Shown: positions 13,101 to 25,929 of the stretch, one piece after another
Numbering within the stretch: position 1 is the first letter of the stretch
Layout: the number at the start of each line of letters is the position of its first letter
From: Nymphaea colorata
Lineage: Eukaryota
DNA length: 64,000 nt
Direction: 5' to 3'
Assembly (NCBI RefSeq): GCF_008831285.2
Contig: NC_045138.2
Span: forward strand, 39,866,001 to 39,930,000
Position numbers and translations under genes: made by a program
Notes under the pieces: generated by a model
Databases searched by the model: none
The model's input: the letters and a program-made list of their open reading frames with translations, nothing else
What the model was told of the DNA's origin: nothing

Positions 13101-14815
13101 TAATGGGTTCGGTGAGGCATCTAAGTTTTGATGTAGCTTTGGATGGCGAGGTAAGGGAAGGTGGGAGGCTTCGACTTCTCACTCGGGCAGTGGGATTCCC
13201 TCTGGTTCATTTCAAGTTATCTTGTGAACCTCAATTTGAAGATCAACCGCGGGATCTCAACATAAGAAGAAGCGTCGATATTGGCATAATTATTTTTGAG
13301 AGTGTGTTTAACCTTAGCAATATCTACCAACAAATAGATTTGTCATAAAAAAAAAGTCACTATATTGGCATTAGTGACAGTTTATGGTGCAACCATGATT
13401 GTTGGTGTCTTTAACGATGATTTATGATCCTTTAAACTATAGATTTTTGAATTTTTGCTGTTTACCAACTATCCCGCGTCCAATTGCTTTGAAATTTATA
13501 TCCTTCATACACAAAAAAAATACGCAGACTTCCCGTTTGTTTGGTGGATAACTAAAATCAACCATTAAAGCATGAAGCAAGAACACATGCCGTTTGTTTG
13601 GTGGAGAAAGTAAATTTAGTAAAATCACAACCATTTATTCATTAGTTGCAGCAACGACATCATGGTTGTTTTGAATGCAACAAAAGAATGAAACAGTGAA
13701 GAAATAACTTACAAATAATAAAAGAAATCTGCTAGACCAAGGAGGACCTCCGAAAGCGTACAATATAAATCAATAAACCACCACTATTTCATCCTGGCTG
13801 CCTTGTTAGTTGTTTTTTATCTTTTTCAAACAGAGAACAGTGTGTTCGGTAGACGTGTGAATTTTTTAATTTTTAATCCACTGTTCTTCTGTCTTGAATT
13901 TTTTACAGACGACCGTTATCCTCATCATTTATAAAAAAAACCCCCTTATCGTACAGTAATGGTGAAACTGTCGTCGTGTTCGAACTTTTGTTAACGTGAA
14001 TTTCACTCACCTTTGGAAACCGAAAGCGGCACTAAAAACGCGAGGTAAACGGGACCTTGTGTTCGGGGACAAAATTACAAAATTACCCTCAATGTAAATA
14101 AGTTCTTGTAAAAAGACGAAAATACGCCTCAGGGAGATAGTAAAGCAGAGTTCCAAAATTTACCTTCGACGGCAAGAAAATGAGAATTATTGACTCTGTC
14201 CTAAAAGAAGAAAAATGAAAATTCCAAGAATAAATTTTCAAAAAGATGACAATACCTCTTTTGGAAACGGTGGAACATGGATCCCGTGTTAGGACGGGAG
14301 GAGGTTGCAGGAATCTGGCAGTTTAAATGAAAATTGTAAAAGTTTGGGGAGTTTTTTGCATATTTCCCAGCGGGAGTAACATCTTTTACGTAAAATATTC
14401 TTTTGAAAATTTGAACGCGAAGGTACAAGGGAAGACTGACAGAGCCCAGGGATGTCTTCTGATCCGCCTGGCCCCCCAAAAGGGTCCGTTGGTGTTCGGG
14501 TCTCGGACTAGCCCGCCCCACAAAAGAACTGAACCAAGTATGAACGCAGCAAGGCCAGACAGGCCTACTTTTCGCTCGACAAATGGAATTTCTTGCTCGC
14601 CTGAGGACCATGGTGGTCCAAGTCTCTGTCGCATGCATCGGTCTTATACGGACTATCGACAAACCTCATATTATATAAATTCAATGTATCGGAAATATAT
14701 TTATTTGACAAGCTTGTGTTTTATAATAACATTGGCTAATGTTTTTACCCCAACTTATAATTTCATGAAGATTCAACAAGGTTGGCATAACGGATGGAAT
14801 GGAAGCTTAAACTTA

Positions 14816-15239
14816 AAGGATGTGGATGGATCGGATTTGAATTCACTTCACCCTTTCATCAGATGTTCACATATTCAGATTAGGATTTGGATTTTTAAAC
14901 AAGTGAATAAAAGTCTAGAATGCATTCAAACAGGATTGGTAAACTTACGATCCGAATCCAATACACATTTGATTCTATTTTTACATCTGAAACCAAACTA
15001 CCATTACGATAATATGTAAAGCACCGACTTTCAAATCAAGTAAATACCAAGTATACAATATTCTTTAAAATTGAATCCAAATTCCAATACGAATCGCATC
15101 AGATATCTAGATAAAATGGAGTCTGAATTTAAATTTGATCCACTATCATCTCCAAAACGGTACCCGGCTCAATTTTTTTTGGTCTAACTCACAAAATTCA
15201 GTCAGATAATTGATCCCAATCCAATCCTCAGACATCCTT
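14816..15239. mobile_element. hAT-like MITE with GGATY/RATCC internal motifs
   Basis: Inverted ends aaggatgtggatggatcgg / ccaatcctcagacatcctt and many ggatt/aatcc motifs; no TSD identified. Confidence 0.5.
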
Positions 15240-15294
15240 GACGAACAAAATACGTTGTTCAATAGTTTATATTGTGGAACTCTATTATGAAGCA

Positions 15295-15435
15295 GGACGA
15301 TAAGTTTTTAGTTTGATTCTCATTGACGTTATGTTCCCGTGTCTTAAGGTGGTAAGGTGCGACATTTAAATTGAAGGGTGCACTGTTGCTATCGTTGACA
15401 CCGACGCAGCTCAAGACCCTAAAGGCAGGGAGAAT
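15295..15435 (+). mobile_element. Degraded copy of tRNA-derived SINE
   Basis: cgttatgttcccgtgtcttaaggtggtaaggtgcgacat...gacgcagctcaagacc matches the reverse complement of 38990-39110; box B decayed to gtttgattct. Confidence 0.7.
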
Positions 15436-16771
15436 GAGAAGACTTTTGAGATGAAATTAATACCATTTGTTCACCCGAGAAAAAGTAGGACAGCAGACAA
15501 GCGTGTGAAAACTTTTGAGGCCTCAAACAAAAGTAAAAAAAAAAAAAAAAAAGGACCCCTTAGAATAAACGTAAAGAGTTGGATCCAGACGGAAATGTAT
15601 CGGGTGAAATGAATGGCAAATGAGAGTAGAGGGCGAGAGAGAGAAGGAGAGTGGTCCTGTCCCCTGGGAGTAGAGGACGCTCTCTCGCATTCAATGCTTT
15701 GCACCGATGAGCGGCATGCCTTCACAGTCCTTTCCACATTTCCTTTCCTTCAATGCCCCCACCTCATCCCTTCTCTTTCTTCTTCTTCCTTACCATGCGC
15801 CTTCTTACCTTGGTAAAAAAAAAAAACGGGAGGGAGGGAGGGAGGGAGAAGTTAAATATCCACCGGTTCGTTACTCCCATTAGCTTTCGATCCCGATACG
15901 TTCTCCTTCCCGATCTTCCCCCTAGAATCAGAAAAAGGCGACTCGGATTTCTCGAAACGCGCTTTTCGTACCTGAACCACTCTCTGTCTTATGGTTTTCA
16001 TCTTCACAGAGGACCGGTTTGGACTTTCTTCTTTGAAATGACCAAAATGTCCTAAGTGTCGTACGACCCGCCAGGTCCCACGACAGTGGTCTGTATGCCC
16101 TTCGGAAGCACGCAAACGTTCGAGTAGGTGCCGCGGTACTGTTGGAACAGTTTGGAGGGCGAAGAGGTCATTTGGTGTCAACTGTACGCGCCAACGTCCC
16201 GTGTGTCTGTTTGAAACGAGAGGGCGGTCGTTGCCGTTGGCTTGCGTTTGAAGCGACCAAATTCCCGAGCTGCCCATGTCCTTTGTACCAATTGCTAGCG
16301 AGTCCTCTCCTCGTGCCTCGTTTGACCCACGCAGAGAAGCTGGTTGGGATTGCGAAGGAAGGACGAGGGTGGACGCGTAATTTCGCAACGATTTTGAATT
16401 TTACTTTTAAGTAATAATGAGCTCCTTTCTTTTTTTCCCTTCAGCCTCTACTGCAGACAGGATCCCAGAAGCCGACCGTTCCTCGGCAATGGCGTTTCAT
16501 ATTTAATAAAATCTCCCTTTCTTCTCGCCCACTTTGTTTCACGTTTCTGTCTTTTGCCCATCGCCTCTTCGTCTCCGCCTGCCCTTCTTTACCCATCTCC
16601 TTATCAGTCTTTCTCCATACGTCACACTCATACTCGCACTCTCTTGCTGGCACTTTTGCCACACACGTCGTCCCTAGAGATAGCGAGCTGAGAATGCAGC
16701 AGCAGGAGGAGGTGTAGGAGTCCCTCTCCCCTTTTCCCTTTTTGAGCGTTGTTTTTTTTTTGGGGGGGAGA

Positions 16772-19700
16772 ATGGTGACCGGAAAGGTGAAGGCGGCGAT
16801 GGGGTTCCAGAAGAGCCCCGCCACGCCGAAGACGAGCAGCCCCAAGTGCCAGTCGACTCCGGCGACTAACAAGTCGTCCCAGAAGCCCAGTTTCTCCAGA
16901 TCCTTCGGCGTCTACTTCCCCAGGGCTGCTCAGGTGCAGCCGCGCCCGCCGGACTGCGTCTGCGACAAGCGGTACGTCTCCGGCCTGGTGAAGATGGTGG
17001 AGGAACTGCAGGATACGGCGTCTCGGTTGCAGACTGAGGTGCTCGAGTACAAGCTCGTGAAGGAGTCGGCCAGCATCGTGCCGGTTTTGGAGAAGGAGAT
17101 CGGGGAGAAGAAGGAGAGGATAGGAGGTCTGGAGTCGGAGAATGAGGGGCTGAGGGAGGAGATCGCGGCGTTGAGGCGTTCGATGGCCGAGTTGGAGGAG
17201 GACAGGGCGAGGATCGGCGAGGAGAAGGAAGATGCCGAGAGGATGAGAAGGAGAGCAGAGGAGAGGGAGAGGGAGATGGAGAAGGAGGTCGCGGAGCTCA
17301 AACGGGAGAATGAGGAGCTCAGGAGGTCGGCTTCCGGCGAAGACGTTGAGGACTGCTCGTCCTCTTCTTCTTCTTCGCAGAAGCTACTACAGAGCATGGC
17401 TGACTACTCTTCGAAGTCGAGTCTACTTGCAAAGAGCATCAAGAAGACAGCTTGGGCGCCGCCGATGCAAACGGTTTCCGCTGGCAGCTTTAAGAGCGAA
17501 GAGAGCGCGAAGGTTCCTGTTGATCAGAAGAAGGAAGAGAGTTCAGCGGAGTCATCGGTAACGCTCTCAAGGAAGCCGAGGATCCCGAAGCCTCCGCCAA
17601 GGCCTTCCTCGTCGTCCACGGTCTCGTCTGTTCACTCGATTGCAGAGCGCGCCGCAGCATCGGCAATGCCTCCACCAGTTCCACCACCGCCGCCGCCACC
17701 GCCACCGCAACTGCGGAAGCCAGAAAGCGACGTCCAAGCTCCGTCAGCCGCACCGCCCTCGATGCCACCGCCACCTCCACCTCCGCCCCCTCCGATGCGA
17801 ACCCTAAAGCCGAAAAAGCCGGCGGCAGCAGTGCGGAGGGTGCCAGAAGTCGTGGAGTTCTATCATTCTCTCATGCGAAGGGATTCGAGGAGGGAACCCG
17901 GCGGGAGCGGCCCGGCGGACACTCCGGCGACGTCCAACCCCCGGGACATGATCGGAGAAATCGAGAACCGGTCGTCGCATCTCCTCGCGGTGAGTCCCGT
18001 CCTACTTTTCTCTTATTCCCATTCTACCCCAAGAAAATCTCCCATTTACGAACCTATTCCCGGGACCGTAAGCGTCCGGATCGAATTTAATTATACAGAA
18101 TGTATATGCCGCAACGGTCAGGTGCTGGTTTCATATCCGAGGGATCCCGTATTCGAATCTCGCTGCGGTTCCTTAGCTTACCCTCACATCGAATGTGACA
18201 AACGGGTTACCCTGATTAGGCCAATACAACATTACCCGAAAGAGGAATGAACACGATAAGGTTACTGTGGGACCCGCGCCTAAAATTTGAATTGATCGAG
18301 GGCCGTCGATCTGGATGACCGAGCGGTCCACATCGTTCCGCACCCGGGATTCTGCAGTGTCGTCCTGCTTCTTGTTGTTGTAATGAAGTAATAGCTTCTC
18401 CATTATGTGCACAGCAACAGCACCGCCACAGGTACGTTCGGTATCCGTTGCGGGGTCGAGGCCGTTCGGACCAGGTGGGATCATTTTGTCATCTTCTTCG
18501 GCAATAGCCCTTGGCGGGCCAACCTCGAGACAGAGGTGGTGCCACAGAGGTGGGTCCTGGTTCGTCCTTCCCAACGCTTCAGTGAAGCTTGTGCAATACG
18601 AAGCCTGGTCGCAGCTGGGCTGTCTGAGCCTACACTGATTCTTGGCCGGGTCCTCCGGTTCCTGGTGGTGGTTATATGCCACCGTCTAATAATCTCTTCC
18701 TGAGTATGCCGGAAGATATAATAATGATGAACCCCTCATTCCCGCTTTTTCCTCCTGACCACCAGATCTCCATGGAATGATTGAAGGACTTTATTGCAAT
18801 GTCTGCTTCCTGTTCCTCTCATTTTTGTTTTTTTGTTTGTTTTACTCTGTGCACGTCCGCCTGGGATACACCAACTTGTCCAGAACAATAGGATAAACTG
18901 AGATGCTTCCGTTTAGTAGGTGAATCGATTTCTTGAATACTGGGATATATCTCTCAATAGTTTTGTACGTGTTTAATGGTTTTTGTTCAAAGAGATTTGA
19001 GGCGAGGCTTTGTCGCTCGAGCTTTGGATTAGTCCCAGGTGGTCCGGAAGGCTGGGAATTTGGCTAGCAAATATAAGTTTGCATATGTTGGCGTTAGAAG
19101 TTTGAACGCCGCCCTCATATCCAGATCAAAGGGGATAGATAGATAAAGTGGTAAATCGCTTCTTCTGGAAATTGTTACCTGCTACGGAGCACCGGTTTTG
19201 GAAGTAAGTGGTGGCCATCGAGATACTCATAGGTGGTCATTATGGAGGGAGGAGGGTCACGAGAAAGCCACCACACATTCGTCTCGTTTCTGTATTCTTT
19301 GTCATGTTGCCAGAGGAATGGAGAGTCCTGTAGCTGTCATCCTTCGTAAAGCTAACCGCATCTCTGCCAGTAAAACATCTTGTTTCTCCTTAAAGACAAT
19401 AAATGTATTATGCAGGTCGACCACCGGTCTCTGTCTATGATCTGCGTAGATAGTTGCCCTGCTTTTGTAGATTTAATTGGAGTTGTCTTCTTCCTTTTTT
19501 TTTTTTTAACCTTTTGTTTTGACGAAAGGAAAAGCCATTGTCTGGAAAAGCGTTGGAAGAGTATCACCTTGCGGTCCTTTACAAGTCCCCAGCGAGTTTC
19601 TTTTCAGTTTTTACTTGCACTTTCTTTGTTAAATGGTACAGTATCGTCACTGAGTGCCTCCAGAAACTCATTTTTGACCGCCTCGCTTGGTGGATTCCTA

Positions 19701-22295
19701 TTTTTTGCAGATAAAATCGGACGTAGAAACTCAAGGCGATTTCATCCGGTTCCTTATAAAGGAGGTCTTGAACGCGGCGTTCACCGACATAGAAGACGTT
19801 GTGGCCTTCGTAAAGTGGCTCGACGACGAGCTTGCTTTCTTGGTACTGTTCATTGGCTCGTCTCTCTCATCAGTCGTGTCGCCAAAATGTAGATCCTAAC
19901 ACGAAGCCGCTACTGCTGGCTCTGCCTTTTTTCGTTCAATCAGGTTGACGAGAGAGCCGTGCTGAAGCACTTCGACTGGCCCGAGCACAAGGCGGATGCA
20001 ATGAGAGAGGCGGCATTCGGTTACTGTGACATGAAGAAGATTGAATCTGAAGCCTCGTCCTTCCGCGACGATCTTCGCCAACCCTGTTGTACAGCACTCA
20101 AGAAGATGCAGTCTTTGTTCGAGAAGTGAGCACCCCCTTTCGCTCTTTTAATTTACCACGCCATGGATGGGATGGCCTTGGTCCGCCTCGCTGTCTACTG
20201 TCAGCAAGGACACACCATGGAGTTGGTTCTGACCTTCGTGGGGCCGTTGAGTAAAGTTTGGAACTTGGGTCCTGTACAAGAGGGCGCTTGCGCCTCTTGC
20301 TCAAGTCCCCCAGCTCGTCTAAAAATTTGTGGGCCTTCACGGAGTCGACGAGCTTCCGGCGTAGGCCCTGATCACGGCCCCCCCTCCTCCTTAGGTCCTT
20401 CCATCGAGACCAACATCCCTTTAACAATGCCCACTTGACTCTGTATTGTCTTGATCTGCTGCATCAGTCTAGGCTCACAGCACAGGCTGTCAAGTCTATT
20501 GGACGTTTACTTTGCCGGAGTTAAATATCGATTTAGTTGAATCATGGCGGTTAATTTAATAAGTTATGTCTGCTCTCAGGGTAATTAAAATATGGTCCAA
20601 CACCACCTGAAAATCGATCCTCAGTTCCGTAGATATCTCTCATTTGAAAAAAAGATATGAAAAATTTTCATACCAACTGAAAGTTGTACCTACTTCCGTA
20701 GATACAAATTCAAAATTATTTCCGACTTCTTGACACGTGTATTCGCCATGCTGCTAGTGTGCTTCGAAGTTCGTTGCTTAATTTATTTTTCAGTACAAGC
20801 ATGGCTTTATAAAAAGTTTTACCATTTTGAGAGAAACCACGCAGGTTTTAAAAGAAGTCTGGAATTGTCGCCATCTCCGCGGCATTGGTGCTATGGTCCA
20901 GATTCTGTAGCCGTAGAGTGCCTCGTTAGGGTTGTTGAAACTATGGATCTTAATTTTCCTTACTTGAGTTTCCTTTTGAGTGAGGGTCTCAAGTTAGATA
21001 TTGTATCTATTCGTCCTTACACTTGATTTAAAAATATGTTGGGTAGGTTGGAGCAGTGTGTGTACGGGGTATCCAGAATGAGGGAAGCTGCCACTAAGAA
21101 ATACAAAGCGTTTCAGATTCCTTCTGATTGGATGTTGGATACCGGATTTGTCAGCCAGGTACATAGTAAAGAAATTGCAGAACTCTGCCCTTCTTCTTTT
21201 TCTTCTTCTCCTGATTCAATGAAAAGGGGATTGATGAGGTCTGCTTTGAGAGTGCAGATCAAGCTTGCATCTGTGAAGCTGGCCAAACAATACGTGAAGA
21301 GGGTGGCTGCAGAGCTGCAATCGGTAGGCGGCCCAGAAGAAGAGGAGTTGATGCTCCAGGGAGTGAGGTTCGCCTTTCGGGTGCATCAGGTAATACGTCC
21401 AATCTCAACAAACTTCTGTATATTTCAGAATCTCAACAAATGCTATCGAATCAGATGAAACCGTGGGCCGGTAGTTTGCTATGCTTTAATGCTACTCGAT
21501 GCTCTTTTGGTAAGATTAGATGGTCCTTTGGTCCCAACAGCACATCCAAGGCCCATACAGAGGCAGAAGAGGGATGTGGGTGGTTCAGCATCCTGAATTG
21601 CCCTAGGGTGGTCCCTTTTCACATTTACCTCATGGTGATACTAGTTAAATATTGAACGCTGCCATAGAAACTTGCCCACTTTGTGATCAAATCCTCGTAG
21701 GTCTTTTTTCCCCTTAAATTCTGGCATCACCTATCAATACCCTATTCATATTTAATACGTTATTACTACGGCTGCTTCGAAATGGAGCTCTTTAATTGTG
21801 ATATTCTTAAAATAACTCGTCCTGTTCTTCATCCGTTGAACTTTTAGGTCTCTAACCTGCAAAGAAATAGAGTCAGAATAAAATGAACAGAAAGCCAAAA
21901 ATACTTTACTAAATTTTTATGTTGACCTTGTTTCGTTAGCTAACCTCTTGTGAAATCCGAAGTCGAAAGGCCCTAGTCTGCATTTGGTCAATCTATTTCA
22001 AAGGTGGAAATATTCCTATTCTTTTCTAGATTCCAGCTAGAGTGCAAAAATCCAAAATTTTTATATTTTAACCTGAAATTGGAGATGACAAATTTTACAG
22101 GCATTATTAGATCAACATTTAAGCCTCCCCTACTTTTGGTTGCAGTTTGCTGGTGGTTTTGATGTTGAGACGATGAGGGCGTTCCAGGAATTGAAAGATA
22201 AAGCACAATCATTTCAGATAGACTGTCACGCCCAACAACAGCAGCAGCAGCAGCAGCAACATCACAAGCCCCTCAGCAAGTCTACGTCTTGTTGA
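16772..22295 (+). CDS. IPGA1: IPGA1 / CHUP1-like microtubule-associated coiled-coil, proline-rich protein, 6 exons, 641 aa
   Basis: Exons 16772-17989, 19711-19842, 19944-20125, 21047-21158, 21258-21389, 22146-22295 (1926 nt, GT-AG, in phase). MVTGKVKAAMGFQKSP and FSRSFGVYFPR N-terminus, poly-Pro tracts, CHUP1-type C-terminus (VRRVPEVVEFYHSLMRRD, MIGEIENRS, QGVRFAFRVHQFAGGFD). Confidence 0.88.
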
Positions 22296-23349
22296 CTTTC
22301 ACCACAGTAGTGTTGTACATCGTTTACCCACGGTTGTATCTGCGAAGAAATTCTCCCATTCCAATGAGCAGGGAAGGAAAAAGAAGGTTATTATATATCT
22401 GTTATCATGAACATTAGATACTAGCGGGTAATAAAAATTTTGTTTATTGATCCTCACAGCCTTAGCTTCTATTCAGTTTTTTTGGCTGCATTTCAATCCT
22501 TTGCCTAATCTTATTTCAATCCTTTGAAATCGACAAAATTCTCAAAGTTTGATTGCTTAAGTTGGTCGCCATGATTCTTGAACTGACGTGGGAAGATGCT
22601 GTACAAGTTCAGGTAGATGAAATCCAGAAATTCCGAAAGAAAGAACAGTTCGATGTGTCTTCCAAATGGGATTCGTCATTTAGTGAAGCGCGTTCCATAA
22701 TTGGCGTTTAATCAACACTAAACTGCCAACTACCATGTGGCCGTCGCTGTCCTTGTTGCTTCAAGCATAATTCCTCATGTCATATTCCAATCAATCATGG
22801 ATACAGCAGAAAGGAATATATTTCATCGGATTCTTTTGGGCCATCCAGAATATGTGTAGTAATTTTTGTTGCATCTCTGAATTGATAAGTCAATATGTGG
22901 TAGTTAGCATTGCCTGGATAAGCAAAAATATACATTACCTTCTCTCTTCCCCTGAAAAAAATAATGTGGGTGTCTTAATATCCATTAATGGGACACTCAT
23001 AATTGGACATCTACTCAGTTATAGAAAATGTTGTTAGGGAGTTGGAACCTTGTCAAATCACAATTATAGGTTGTTTGGTTATCTCCAAAGCACGCTTCAA
23101 ACCCACTTGCTTAAACCCAGTTGTAAATTGAGGGCTTGGATGCATCCAAGCCCTAGAATGTGTGAATAAGGAAAAAACCTATAATTGAGCCTATTAAGTG
23201 TTGAAAGTGATCGTTATGCACGAATATTGAGATTAGGCTTGCATCAATTTGTTTTCCATTGCATATATGGGGTCGTTCGGTAGGAAGAACACACAATGAC
23301 TGTGCAATGAATGTACCCCAAATATTGGGCTCAAAACTGAAGTGAAACA

Positions 23350-24480
23350 TGGTTGGTTTGGAACTTCAGCTTGTTGAACTACATGCTGGTGACGTGAAGT
23401 AAATATAGACTGTCCCTATGTTCACCAACTCCAATCCTCGTCTTGGACATTGGGTCCTGCAAATGGCAAGGAGAAGAATTGAAAATGAGATTAAGGTTTG
23501 ACGACTCAATCAACCGATTGACAGATAAGAGATTGAACTTGAATGCAGGAACATACATGACATTGGACAAGTCTTTGAGTAGATATGCCTGCAAAATTGA
23601 CATGGGAATAGGAATTTTTTTTCTTTGAGTAACTGAACGAGTTGCTTACCAACAACCTTATTGCTTTCGGGTGTTACGAGAGCAGAAACTTGAGTGAGTC
23701 ACTTCGGTAACAAATGGGGCCAAAATTGCAGCATCAGAGCACTCGTCTGCACTTCGAAGATTTTTCAATCATCGCCTTGTCTAGTCTAGTTGCAGAATTT
23801 CTAACATTGTTTGGGTACCCATGCAATTTATAACAGCAATCCTTTGTGTGTGCCGGACTATTATGACAATATGAGCACTTATGAACGTCTTGACTTTTTC
23901 CATGATAATGGTGATCACCAGATGTACCTGATCTTGCAGCTAGGCTAATGTGCTCCTCATTAAAGGGAAGAAGACGGACCTCTCTTGCCTTCTCTTCCAG
24001 CAGTATTAGAGATTTCCAATAGATGGCAGGAGATCAATAAGCAGCATTTGGCCTCTATTCGATTGTATGTCTCATTGAAGCCCATAAAAGATTTTAAAAC
24101 TTTCTACTCTTGCTGCTACTTTGCAATCTTTTTCATTACTCCACAGGAGCGAACAGGCGGTGGGTCCTATGAGGCGAGTTTGTCCCATAAGGATTTAAGC
24201 TTTTCATAGTAAGTTGTGATATATTGTGAGTCTTGTACATGACGATTGATCGCCACTTTAATCTGAAATTACGTGGCGCTGTACTGTATGTAAATTGTAA
24301 TCCCGTCACAAATCTAAGCAGACCACTGTAGCAGAGGTTGTATACATTACGCTATCTGTAATTTCCTTTGAGAAAGCATTGATAATCCATGAGAGAACGA
24401 TTGTATTTGCATCCTTTCATAAATTGAACAATCTATAAAATCTAATTTATTCTTTGCAGTTGACGCCATAACCGTGTACC
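23350..24480 (-). mobile_element. Ty1/copia remnant: gag, zinc knuckle and pre-integrase region
   Basis: Minus strand reads AKNKLDFID (~24460), NTIVLSWIINAFSKEI (~24400), CSYCHNSPAHTKDCCYKLHGYP (~23820-23880) and LSNVMYVPAFKFNLLSV...IGVGEHRDSLYLL (23379-23603), with stops and frameshifts. Confidence 0.88.
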
Positions 24481-24949
24481 TACTTTACGTTGTGTAATTT
24501 GGTGAAACAAGAATCGAAACTGGAGTATGTGAATGATGAATGAAGAAAGGATTTCATTTCTAACAGTGAACAGGTAAATACGCAGTTTAGAAAACATCTC
24601 ATGCCATACATACACAATTTGTCACAATTCTTTCAGGCCGGCAAATTGCAGTTACATAAAGTGATCACATGCGTGCAATCTGATTCTGAGATGCAGTGAG
24701 AAGATGATGTAGACCTTTTGGAGGATTCTTCAATATCCAAACAGGTATGGATCTCAACAATAACTTTATTCTGGTTTGACTCGTGAGAAGACGAGACTGA
24801 GGCGCTCTTACGCTGGGCGTTGCATGAACAGAGAGAAAGGAAGAACAGAGGTTGAGTGCACCGCAAGATTTCAGACAGAGTAGTAATTCCTCTATCTTGT
24901 ATCATTCAATTTATATGCTCGACAAAGAAATTCAGCGACATCAAATTGG

Positions 24950-25750
24950 AATACTTGATTAACAATCGTTAGGGTCCCCTGCCCAGGCAGCATTGACAAA
25001 ACTCTGAACTTCCAGGTTGCCACTTCTTTGAAATAGTATTCCTCTTTCAGGTGTCTTCTTCTGGTATCCCAGAATGCAGTCCGCTGCTTCTAAATGAGGC
25101 TTCCATGGTTGCTGCACAAACTGGCTCAGTAAGTTTACTGAGTCGGAGATGTCTAGTCTTGTTGTAGACAGGTAGATTAGTTTACCAATCAGTCTCTCAA
25201 AATTGCTTCCATTGGTCAAGAGTTCTCCTTTGTCACATTTTAAATTCAAGTTAACTTCCATTGGCGTGCCGGTGCCTTTGGCGTTCACTATGCCAGTTTC
25301 TTGCAGTAAGTCCAGCATATATTTTCTTTGTTAAATAAACACTCCCTTGGTTGAGTGAGCTACTTCCATTTCAGCAAAGTAGTACAGTGTCCACAGGGGT
25401 TTTATATCAAAGTGTTTCTGCATCATTTTCTTTGTCTTGCTAATACACACTTGGTTGTCACTACTCTATCATCTACATAACCTGCTATTACTATAATTCT
25501 ATCTTCGGAAACAGGCACAAATATAGAGTGATCGGCTTCACTAAACTTGAAGCACTCATCCATCAAACTGGTGCTCAGTTTAGAATACCATGCTCCGGGA
25601 TACTATTTTAGACCATACAAGGACTTTTTTAGTTTGTCCAAATACTCCCTTAGTTGAGTGAGCCATTTCCATTTCAAGAAAGTAGTGCAGTGTCTCGCGT
25701 CTTTTACATCAAAGTGTTTCAGCAGCATTTTATTTGTCCTAATAATACAA
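24950..25750 (-). mobile_element. Ty1/copia remnant: reverse transcriptase to RNase H start
   Basis: KLKKSLYGLK..RAWYSKLS (~25580-25635), LIGKLIYLSTTRLDISDSVNLLSQF, FVNAAWAGDPND. Confidence 0.9.
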
Positions 25751-25929
25751 CACCAATAACATCATGGACAAGTTATCCATGCCATCAATCACCATCTTAA
25801 GTGAAGTCACATTGAAGGTACGGTCGGACACCGTTACAAGCAAAACAACTTAGGCTCCATTCTTGCTAGTCATTGATAGTATATTAATTTCAACTATGAT
25901 GCCTCGTTTAACGTGAACCAGAGAGTGGA

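Noticed and set aside
14201..15019. 230-aa and 153-aa ORFs
   Set aside because: They span AT-rich and MITE sequence with no domain signal.
17990..18250. C-terminal part of the 502-aa ORF
   Set aside because: Read-through into intron 1; the donor at 17990 and conserved continuation at 19711 are clear.
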